Source of the DNA: Batkoa obscura
Lineage: Eukaryota
NCBI GenBank assembly: GCA_030770535.1
Contig: JASVEC010000155.1
Location: 1 to 39,961 of the forward strand
Direction: 5' to 3'
Length of the DNA stretch: 39,961 nt
The notes below the pieces were generated by a model. That model was given only the letters and a program-made list of their open reading frames with translations, searched no databases and was not told the origin of the DNA. A program made the translations under genes and the position numbers. Positions 12,812 to 23,311 of the stretch are shown piece after piece (the first letter of the stretch is position 1; each line of letters begins with the position of its first letter).

Positions 12812-12910
12812 GGGGATGTTTTTTTTGGTTTCATTACTTTTTCCACCTTTTAAGCGCCACTTGAGCAGAAAAATTATTAGTAAAATCCTTAAACACAAAA
12901 ATACATCCCC
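12812..12910 (+). mobile_element. MITE family 1, copy 8 (best preserved)
   Basis: GGGGATGTTTTTTT...AAAAATACATCCCC with ATAT TSD (12808-12811, 12911-12914); paralogous empty site at 3101-3104. Confidence 0.92.
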
Positions 12911-13001
12911 ATATAGTTTTGGTGCTTTTTTTATTCTGTTTTAAAGCCATTTAAATTTAATGAAACATATTAGACGTTGCAAACATTCTAAATATAATTA
13001 T

Positions 13002-13090
13002 AAAGATGTCTTTTTTATTTCAGCATTTCACTGACAGTTCATCAGATGTTGACATTGCGTAAAAGGAGATCAAAAAAATAAAGCATTCCG
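13002..13090 (+). mobile_element. Putative second MITE family (~90 bp), copy a
   Basis: Shares the exact 20-mer AAGATGTCTTTTTTATTTCA and further similarity with 22713-22803; degenerate GATGT...CATT termini; TTAT/ATAT flanks. Confidence 0.45.
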
Positions 13091-16000
13091 ATATACCAAC
13101 TTATAAAAAATAACTCTTTTATTGAATGCTAATGATCAAAAGTAGTAATGGGATTTTTATGGTTTCAACTTCAATTTAGTTAAAACTTCATAATTTATAT
13201 GAGTAAGTTTAAAAACTCGATTAGAATTAAAAAACCCCAATTTTACTTTTTTTGCTCATTTCCTATGTAACATAAACTTTTTAAAAGCTATTAAATGAAA
13301 CCAAACAAAGAAACATTCTATGAATATTTTGAAATTAAGCAACATTTGTAGCGTTTAGTACTTAATTTACGATTTTTGCTAAAAATCAAAATTGTGAAAG
13401 TTTGAACCAGCTTTTAAACCAGTCCCTATTAATTATTTTAGTATCAAATTAAATACTGTTTTATAAAATTTCAAAGTACAATAAATTACATTTAATAAAC
13501 AAGGCACTTTAATCTATTAAATTTTATTAATTACTCATAAAAAATCTCAGTTTTTTATAGAACTCTTTTATAATAATATGATAAAAGGTGAATTGATAAA
13601 GCTTAAAAATAGTGAAATTATCTATAGTTGGCAATCAGTATTGTAATTTATTTGTAGAAAAATTATGTGGGATTTATAGCAGAATTTAAACTAAGAGTAG
13701 GTATGATAAGCTTTCAGATAGAAAGCCCTTTTGTTACTGGATTCATATTAGAACTGATGCAGGAGATAAGATGAGTTTATAGTAAAGCTTGTGTGGAATA
13801 TACAACCTAATCTCTTAAGATAGCTTATAAATACAGATTATCTTATTTAAAGATAAAACCAGGGTATTAACAGCATTGAGACATAAAGACCACTCTATTC
13901 GCAAAGGGAGAACAAGATATGGTTTGGAGAAAAGACGATTTGGTATCAGAAAACTGTACTTCAATATAGTAATAGGCATATAGTTAATGATTTTATTATT
14001 TTATTAACGATTTTATTATTTTTAATATAATACTCTAAAAATAGGTTTGATTAAAATAGACTCTTTATTTGCTTTATTGACCCTTTTTTTTCGATTCTTG
14101 TTTTATATTATTAAACGCTTAATTAATTTATTTAATTAATCTAATTATTGCTTATTGCTACTTTTCTATCTATTGCCTAAACAATTCATTTCATTGATTT
14201 AGTAAATTGATCAGTAATGCTTATTTAGATATTTATTAAGTATAATCTGATTAACAAATAAAGTATTTATTTGAATTGAAAGTTTATCTCATCTGAAAGC
14301 AAACCAAAAATAAATTGTAGTAAAAAAGTAACTATAATAACCTCAAGATGAATGCCTATTGAACAAATACAGGAATAAAGTCTCATGTTAATTAGCTTTT
14401 GTTTGGACTTTTGTATAGCACATTTATATTTTATAGGAACTTGCCTTTTATAACCACTTTAATCTATCATATCATATTAACATATCCCTTCGTTCTAGTC
14501 AAATATTAAATTGTTCCACCGCCTCTGCTAGATTTCCAAATGGTAGTTCTAACTCCTTTCAATTGAATTACTTTATTTATTCAAACATCTAATAAATGTA
14601 ATTTAATCTTTTATTACTATTTTAGTTTCTATAACATTTAAATATAAATAAACAATTTCTTCCTAAAAATTAAATACTCAATTATAAATATTCAAAGGAT
14701 CACTGATAACTTTAAATTAATCTTAAAGCTAGTAGCTACTATATGAAAACATAACATTAAACATCTGACTATTGATTTGCGTTTACAATTCAATAAGTAA
14801 ATTACATATTATCAAATTGTAGGATCTAGATATTAAATCGATAACAATGGATAGCTCATTTAAATTGATTTTATTGCTGATGTCTATATTTATAGCTCCA
14901 AATGATAGTTGATAAACAATAAAATTAAAATTCCAATTCAGCTCATTAAATTCAAGCTTTAACTATTCACACAAGGCCACTAATCACCAACTAAATAACT
15001 GGAATAACCCAAAAAGATCCGTTTAGCCAATATAAGTGAAAGGAAGCTAATGTCTAGTCTAAAAATAATGTAAGACTTAGGAGAATGGGATCTCAGCAAG
15101 AGTTGTTTAAATCATAAAATTTTCATTTAATTATATTGAACAATTAAAAAGTATTAACCTATGTACAACAGTTAATGGAAAAAGATGAGCAGATGAGCAG
15201 ATGAGTAAAGGATCCTTGACTGAAATGATCAATAGTGATAACGAATATATTATTTGATTGCCTAAAGACAGTCAATAGCATTTTGTTGATAGTTTATAAT
15301 CTAATAAGTGCAAAATGTTACTGTTAGTTACTTTTGGGATATTTTTATTTTAAGCTTTCTAAGTCTAGTTTTAGGCATTCAGAGTCTATCTACTACCAAA
15401 ACAGTATTTAACACCAAAGTACCAAAAGCACTTAGTACTGATCAAAAATTTGAGCTACAAAAAAGTAACTATTTTTTAACTGAATACAAATGAGAGGAAA
15501 ATGCCTACTCACACAAATTCGATTATCTTGTGATAAAAATATGCGAAGTTATGGGGTGCCACAGTCGATCTTATTTATATTTAGAAGCAAAGAAAAATGC
15601 CTTAAAGTTCGCACATATTTGTAACTAAACACTCCTACCAACAAAGGCTTTCCAAAAAAAGATTGAGTACATATAAATGTAACATTTACTGCCTTACTTG
15701 TCTAAAAATTATGAGATCCGTAAATTCTATTTTTGTACTTATTTCAAGTAGCCCAATATGATTAAGTTGGATGTTTCATTAAAGTTAAGTAAGTTTAATC
15801 ATATTAATCTATTATTCAATTATGTTGAGTAACAATGTAAATTTATAGTGATAAATCCGACAGCGTTAGAAGAACTTAAGGTTTAATTAACGAACTTTAT
15901 GGTACATAGAACTATTGATTTATACTATTAATATTATTCATAGATTTTGTTTTTACTTGTTTTAATGCTATTCATATATCTTATTACTATATCAATACAA

Positions 16001-16929
16001 ACGACATTATTTGCTACAATATGCGTCATTTTTAATTCGTGTAATATTTTTATTTACCACCATTTTTGAGCCTTAGTATACATCAAAGCTTTTAGTTAAA
16101 TCATAATATAAATATGTTTTACCCTGTTAATTATACAATACCAAATTTCTAGAATAAACGGATACTTTTTCATATATCATTCTATTTATTTATAGACAAA
16201 ACATAAGGACCAAGTGTGAGTCTAGGAGCTCTTATATAACGGTGGTTCCTATATAAGGATTAACTATTAGGAGATTATAACGTGAACTTAATTAAACTAT
16301 GGTGATTTAGTTATAATTATCTCAACAATAATTTGGCCGAGTATCTTATTCGCAATCTTGGAACACAGATAAAAAAATACATTTAAAATTCACTTATAGT
16401 GACCCTTATTACATTCATGTATTGATAGAAACTCTTTGGGAATAATTTTTTGCCAAACTTTTGCTGTCACTATTAACTTAATAATTACTTTGAATTGACT
16501 ATAGAAAGATATTTTAGTTAGAACTCGCTATTATTGGATTTTCTATTAAAAAACCTCAGAACCAATTGTGGAAGTTTTCAACAATTTAAATAATATATGT
16601 TTAATACAGAAAACCTACTTTTACTAATAACACGAATGATTTATAATACGAGATGACTAAAACAACATAACATCTGTATATGCGAAAAGTAAATAGGCAG
16701 GTAGTTAAAAATGTATAATTATTTTATAAATTCAATTAAATTTAACAAATTAAACCAGATTGTACTTTCGCGATTTTATAAATGGAAATACGGTAATTGT
16801 GAAACTCTAAAAAGGGATTAATAAATTAATTAGTGTTTTTTTACGTTGTAAGAGAAAGCTAATCTATAAAGTTGAAATTTATTTTTAGAAGTATGTGGCT
16901 AGATAACCAACTAAAATAACTAGAACTGA

Positions 16930-17038
16930 TGAGGAAAAACTTTGGATAAATTTGGTATTTCGAGAAATTTTAAACTACATGTGACCTTAAGAATTGGCTT
17001 CTGTTAATGTACTTGGTATAAAATGTAAGTATATAAAG
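16930..17038 (+). promoter_or_regulatory. Core promoter of HTH paralog 1 (TGAGGAAAA plus double TATA)
   Basis: TGAGGAAAA (16930), GGTATAAA (17015), ATATAAA (17031); same order and similar spacing upstream of paralog 3. Confidence 0.5.
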
Positions 17039-17078
17039 ATTTTGTTGTCCATTAATTTATCTATCAATTTTTGTTAAA

Positions 17079-17792
17079 ATGAATGCAGCTTTGAGTAAAC
17101 GTAGAGTGTTGGATATCAAAACCAAAAAGAACATAATAGAAAAAAGTGAGCTTGGTTTATCTCATCAAAAGATTGCGGATATGTATAATATAGGCCGTAG
17201 TACAGTAACTAAGATCATCCAAAGAAAGCAGTATATACTTAGTAGCACAATAGCTGAATACAGATCCAGTAGAAAACGTATTCGAAAAACAGAGCATGAT
17301 TTACTTGAGAAAAAATTGCTAGAACTTTGCTTTGATTTTAACGATGGAAGATCTTTAATTAAACCTGGAGTAGATGCTGAAAAGATTATAGCTAAAGCTA
17401 ATGAACTTGCGGTTGAATTTGGATATTGGAATTTTGTTGGTGATTTGACATGGGCTGGTAGGTTCCGTAGGAAATATAATTTAAATTTCAAAATAAGTAA
17501 GAAGAAATTAAACAATAACCCTATTGTAACAAGCAATGTTACACCAGACATTACGAATAACCAGTCTCAAGCTAGCAGTTCTTTTGATTCCAAATCATAC
17601 GATCCTACTTTAATTGGGTATAATAATAATAATCTGTTTGATGCTGCGTATTTTAATTTTCCTTCTATTGAACCTTCCTTTTCTTCTTCCCCATTGCTTT
17701 ATTCTCAACACTCACCATCGTTTGAACATAATTTTATGTTTGATCAATATTGTCAGGAGATTTACTATCCTTTACCACATTACTATAATTAA
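17079..17792 (+). CDS. CENP-B/pogo-type double HTH protein without DDE domain (paralog 1), 237 aa
   Basis: KRRVLDIKTK...SHQKIADMYNIGRSTVTKII (CENP-B N-terminal/psq HTH); RKRIRK...LEKKL...KANELA...W..RFRRKY (Tc5/CENP-B HTH); S/P/Y/N-rich tail; intronless. Confidence 0.85.
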   Translation: MNAALSKRRVLDIKTKKNIIEKSELGLSHQKIADMYNIGRSTVTKIIQRKQYILSSTIAEYRSSRKRIRKTEHDLLEKKLLELCFDFNDGRSLIKPGVDAEKIIAKANELAVEFGYWNFVGDLTWAGRFRRKYNLNFKISKKKLNNNPIVTSNVTPDITNNQSQASSSFDSKSYDPTLIGYNNNNLFDAAYFNFPSIEPSFSSSPLLYSQHSPSFEHNFMFDQYCQEIYYPLPHYYN

Positions 17793-19517
17793 TTTATATG
17801 AAATTAGATCTTTTTGTTTGTAACATAACTATTAAAATATTGAATATTAAAACTTTGAATTTCATTTTTTATTTTGAAAGTTTTTATTTTAGCTTATAGT
17901 ATCTTTTATAATATGACTATAAAGTTTGAAGAGAATATGGTAATGCATACAACAAAAGTCGTCATTTATTATCTTAATATTTATTGATTTTATTCTTTTT
18001 AAAATGTGATAGGATAAAAGTAAATGTGAAATTTGTGAGGGAAGTGTAAAATAAATTTTATATTTAAAATCGGACATAATAAACAAAATTTAGAATTTAA
18101 ATTAATCATACTAAACTTAACAAGGATACGGGTGAGTTAAAAACCTGATTAAAATTTAAAAAAATCATCAGCTTGAGAGTTATGATTGAAGTTACAAAAA
18201 TTGCGTGACTAATTTAAAAAAAAAGTAAAAAGCGACTTTTAATATATTTATGGTTAGCTTACACTTTTTATAAAATAGTAAATATGGAAAGTGGAACCTT
18301 AAGTTCAAATCAGATTTTATATGATTGCGGTCACTTTTAATGGCATTTTTTCACTTAAAAATTAGCGATAGTATTCATTCTTTCTATTAAAATTAATTTT
18401 GTCATCATTTAATGAAACTGGTTTTCATTTTACAGCTTTCTTACTTTCAGCCTTTCTAACTTATATACTACAAAATAGTCTCTACTGGTTATTGAATGAT
18501 AGGTATCAACTTGATAGTTTTTACTTAAAAATAACCCCTTAAAAGGACTTTATAGTTAAAGGTTAAACCAAAATAGCTATTGAACTATTATAAATAATGA
18601 TAAGTAGATTTGTATAAGATCTTAAGGATAGTCTAGATGCTCCTTTCCAAACCAAATCTAACCATTTTATATTTTGAATACTAATTTATTAGAAAATTTT
18701 CATATTTTCCACTTTAAATTAAATAGAAAATGGTATTAAAATCGCGGTCTACCCTTTTAGGACTTTTGAATAATAGACTATTTTAGGTAACTACATTAAT
18801 TCTATTTAGTTATATAAATTGCAATTTTCAAAATGTTACAAAAAATTAAACTAATAGAAGCAAGTAATATTTATTCTAGAGCATTAAAATGTTAGCGCGA
18901 TTTTATAAATAAACACTAAATATGGTAATTGATATTTCAAATAATCCTGCTTGATAAGCAGGATTGAAGTAGCTACTTAATGAACATTGCGTTTTGGAAC
19001 TTCACTTTACTTTTAAAAATGTCGTTTCTCATTCTCGTCATTAAAATTTTATTAGTTCCCATACTCATATCTTATTCGTTCCTCTTATTTGTATATCGCT
19101 TTATATGTCTTCCCTTTAACTTTATTTGATAATTAATAGTGAAATTCGATTCTACTATCGGTTCATCTTGAAACCATATATTTCTTAATAGCAAAATTAA
19201 TTTTATTATGCTATGAAAACTAATCGTCATTTCAGTCCAAGTGTTATTGATGGAAATTGTAATACAAATGTGATTATGTTTGAAAATCGAAATCGCTGTT
19301 AATTTTATAACTTTGTCAAACAGGAATCTTATAATCAGCTATTTTGAATATAATAAGCTAATATTTTGACGAAATACAAATGTACAAATAGTTGTTTACA
19401 ACTTTTTAAAAAGTAAAATAAAGCTTATAGACTATTTATTATGAAATTTGCAGCAATTTTTTCCAAAATGTGTCAGCTCAATAGATTAATAATGAGTTTG
19501 TTTGTATAAAAAAGAGC

Positions 19518-19943
19518 AGAAAGAAGGCAAACTTAATATAAAAGCAGAAATTTGAAATTCGATGAAGCAACCTATACACAAACTCAAAATCTAAAAAAGA
19601 CCTGACTATAAATTCGAGCTGTATGGATGTGACTTTTAGGCTGTAAAAAAACAAACTTGGTTTTCAAGAAATAAATTAATAATAGAAATAAAGAGAAATA
19701 CGGCTTCTGATTTTATACTACAAAGCGTTAAAGTTATGCGTATAATCCATAATCTGTAAATTATAACCAAAAGTAAAGATTAAAAATCAAGAAGTTAAAA
19801 AGGAATTTAGACGAGTGTTTAATACTAGATTCAAACAAAAAGGCAAAAGAACTATAATGCATCGTATCTAATCCAGCTCTCTTAATTCATTTTTTGAGTT
19901 TACTTCAAGGGAAATTAATTTTTTTACACTAAAACAAAAACTA
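19518..19943 (+). pseudogene. Possible highly degenerate CENP-B/pogo HTH relic
   Basis: Fragments in different frames but in the expected order: RKKANLI*KQKFEI (19518), KAKEL (19840), FEFTSREINFFTLKQKL (19893; cf. FxFSxGWLxxFKxR). Confidence 0.3.
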
Positions 19944-21598
19944 GCAAATGTAAATATCTTTGATGTTTAAGGATCCTACCAACAGCTTTTTCGTTCAGCG
20001 TTGCTTAATAATTGGAAAAATAAAGGGAGCCAAAAGATTGATTCCCAGATTAACTTTTTATAAACTAGTAAATAATTTAGGAAAATTACATACAAGTTCT
20101 ACATTCCAAAAAACTCAAAAAATGATCAAACTATATTGTATTAAAAAATGTTAATCCTAAAAGCTGAGAAATTTTTGGTCAAGAAGCAGTTTTAATAATT
20201 TCAATAGCATCATCATACTTACTATGGCTCATATTCTCTTTCCAGGTAGGGGGGTACTCTTGATAGATAAATCCCTCCTCTCTTCTCCTTTTCCTAATAC
20301 AAGTAATACAGAAAATGTGAATTCCTTGCACAAAACTCTTTTGATTATGTATATCGACTAGAACCATATTCATCAATCCCTTAAATCCACTCACATCCCA
20401 TCTTTAGCCTTAATGAAAACTGGTATAGATACGCAATTTTCAGAAAGCAACCTTGATAGTTGTTGAAATCGTTAGAAATTTAGTATACAATCAGTATCTA
20501 ACAAGGACCTTTTAGTAATGAATGAGAAATTAATTATTAATACATACTTTCTTAAAAGGGTAATTCACAAATTATTTTGATATTCTATCTGATCTTGACT
20601 TTACATTTTAAATTTACTTTTATATTTCTTTAGACAGGTATTGGAACAGTTTTAGGAAAAACTAGTGAGTGACATAAAAGCTTAATATTATAATTTTGTA
20701 TTAGGATCTAAATGATATCAGCAGTAAGTCCTTCGTTAATTTATCCGAAAATAGAGTAACCAGAAGTTTTTGGCTCATTAGGTCTAAAATAACAAAATGA
20801 CTGAACCATTTCGGAAGAACATGTTTATTATGGACTTTTAGTTTCATTGTAATAAATACTTGTTCTTAAACACAAATTCTAGGCCAACCTAAAAATAATC
20901 TGCTCTTAAAGCAAATCGTAAGGTTCTAAAAATCAATAATTATAGTGCATGATGAAAAATAACTAGATATAATATACCGTCTGACTGAAACTTTTTCCAA
21001 CCATCTAAAGATAAATTCATAATGTCTTTTCAGGAAATCAAATAAAAAAAGTACCATTGGATTTTTATAAAGCCCATCAAAACAGTATTGTATACATGAG
21101 ACAGATACACTGCCACCTCTATTGACCTCACCTATTGACCCCATATATATTAAATACATATGGCTTTTGCTTCAACCACTACATTGTTTATTTGTAGTGT
21201 AAAGAGCAATTTCAGTTTATTTGTATACCAGCTTTAGAGCAAATTTGATGTTATTATGTCTACAACTCTTATTATGGGTATTTATAAGTTGATAGCTAAG
21301 AGATTAAATTTTAAAGTGAATCGAGTATAGTTAAAATAGCAATTTAAATCAAAAGACCACAAATTTTTTATGTACTGGTAATATTAGTGACGGGCTTGTC
21401 CGATATAATATGCAAATACATAAGAAACAGATTTAAATCACATTAAGTCGTTGAAAAATAATCCTTAAAGTAAGTTATAAATTTAAAACAGAAAAATCTG
21501 TATAGTAGCAATCTCAAAAAAACCAAATATGTTAATCAGTTTTTATTAGTTTTATTTTTTAATGTTTTTACAAAATAACAAAGAGAAAACCAACTCTT

Positions 21599-22435
21599 CT
21601 AATTATAATTATTATAGAGGCCTAACTCAAGAAAGGAAGTGAGCTCAGACGTTGTTTGAGGAAATTGGTTATATTCTGGGATAGAAGGCGATGATATGCA
21701 ATTAAATACGTCTAAAGAATGAATTGAAGGAGATTCTGGGTTACAGTTATCCAGAGGGAGGAAAGGGTGATCAGGACCAGCACCCCAATTTATTGAAAAG
21801 TAAGAGAAGTTGTTAGAGTTCAATGGTGGAAAGTTTGGGATATAGTAATTTGAGCTGTTCAAATCCAAAGGGAATAACTCATTATTAAAACTAGAAGGAT
21901 TCTGGATTGGCGATATACTATTGCTATTTGCTGTATATACAAATGGATTATACACTATGTTACTACTTACAATATTTGTGGGCGAGTAATCTACCTCGCT
22001 AGGAACTTCTTTTTTTGTCACTTTAAAGCCAAGTTGAAATCTCTTGCGGAACTTTAATAGCCAAGTATGAGTGGCCTCAAAGTTGCCTATATCCAATTCT
22101 TTGGCGATTTGATTTGCTTTATAGATGATGTCATGTGGTTGAATTTGAATGCTATCATTGCTCTTTTCACTGTTGAAATCATTGTACCATTCTATAACTC
22201 TTTTTTCAATTATATCAAATTGATTTATCCTGATTCTCTTCCTGTTATCATCATATTCACCAATAGTATTATTTAAAATTACATCTTTTCGTAATAGTAT
22301 TTTGGTTACTGTACTACGTCCAATATTAAAACTCTCGGCTATCTTTTGATGTGAGTATCCACTTTTACTAAGCTCAATAATATCTTTTTTGGTTTTGATG
22401 TCTAAAACACGACGTTTGGACTGATTTGGCGACAT
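21599..22435 (-). CDS. CENP-B/pogo-type double HTH protein without DDE domain (paralog 2), 278 aa
   Basis: KRRVLDIKTK...SHQKIAESFNIGRSTVTKIL; RKRIR...IEKRVIEWY...KANQIAKEL...FEATHTWLLKFRKRF; low-complexity S/P/N tail; TATAAAA ~60 bp upstream. Confidence 0.87.
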   Translation of the reverse strand: MSPNQSKRRVLDIKTKKDIIELSKSGYSHQKIAESFNIGRSTVTKILLRKDVILNNTIGEYDDNRKRIRINQFDIIEKRVIEWYNDFNSEKSNDSIQIQPHDIIYKANQIAKELDIGNFEATHTWLLKFRKRFQLGFKVTKKEVPSEVDYSPTNIVSSNIVYNPFVYTANSNSISPIQNPSSFNNELFPLDLNSSNYYIPNFPPLNSNNFSYFSINWGAGPDHPFLPLDNCNPESPSIHSLDVFNCISSPSIPEYNQFPQTTSELTSFLELGLYNNYN

Positions 22436-22712
22436 AATAATTTATATTTAGTTAGTAATCTTTTGGATTTTGTTTTTTCGGGATTACTTCTCACCTTTTA
22501 TACATTTTGAAATTAATCTATCTATTCCAAAAACGAAATCTATTCTCTTATTCGCGAGCCTCCATCTCGAGTTCCCTTTTATGAATATAAAAACCTTTGC
22601 TTACTATATTTATAAAAGTTCTTTAACATTGTAAGAACAGTTTAAATCAAACTCCGTAATTTTAAGGTATAGTCAGGCTTGAAATTTTATGTTGATTCTA
22701 TAAACAGTATAT

Positions 22713-22803
22713 GAAGATGTCTTTTTTATTTCAATATTTAGTTTGCTGTTTTCAGTTTTACATTGTATAAATATATACAAGTAATGAACCAAAAGTCATT
22801 TCT
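22713..22803 (+). mobile_element. Putative second MITE family (~90 bp), copy b
   Basis: Similar to 13002-13090; flanked by ATAT on both sides (22709-22712, 22804-22807). Confidence 0.45.
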
Positions 22804-23203
22804 ATATTCTTTCTTCTATATTATTTATTTGTGCTAACCAAAAGGTTCACTTTTGTACATTTTTCTATTTAGCTTATTTTTTAGGTACCTGATTAATTTC
22901 TACTATGTAGTGCTAAAAATTTTCCAATTTTGATTACCTTTTTAATCATACATTCTATATAATGCTTAATTGTTGGCGTTCTTTTAAGGTAAATATCATA
23001 CTATAAATGGTACAAAGAACATACCTAGAACAATTAATATCTTTTATATATTAATTGTGTTTCAAAAATCAACAATGGTTTAATATAATCTTAAATAAAC
23101 TTATCATTTATTTACTACATAAACTCACATTATAAGATATGCGTTTTTCAATCAAACAACTAAATCACAATAAAGCGCTACTTATAAATAGAATTATACA
23201 TAT

Positions 23204-23311
23204 GAGGATGTATTTTTATGTTTAATAATTTTACCAATAATTTTACTAATAATTTTTCCACTCAAATAGCGCTTAAAAATCGAAAAAGCAATGAAACTAA
23301 AAAACATTCTG
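23204..23311 (-). mobile_element. MITE family 1, copy 9
   Basis: Consensus match with a short internal duplication (AATAATTTTAC x2); ATAT flanks at 23200-23203 and 23312-23315. Confidence 0.85.

Noticed and set aside
13680..13970. Coding-like purine-rich segment (similar one at ~28970-29520)
   Set aside because: Interrupted by stops, with no identifiable motif.
15184..15207. Short tandem repeats (GATGAGCA x3; also AATGAT repeats near 7800 and duplications near 13990 and 29820)
   Set aside because: Ordinary slippage repeats with no evidence of function.
17165..17823. Antisense/overlapping ORFs (also 22067-22276, 31224-31463, 36302-36616, 36677-37015, 37890-38081, 9535-9780)
   Set aside because: Shadow frames of real genes with F/L/S-rich composition.
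18943..18965. Hairpin as a Helitron 3' end
   Set aside because: No CTRR terminus at the expected distance on either strand.
20179..21159. Two short minus-strand ORFs with higher GC
   Set aside because: Possibly a decayed gene, but no family or consistent splice model could be supported.
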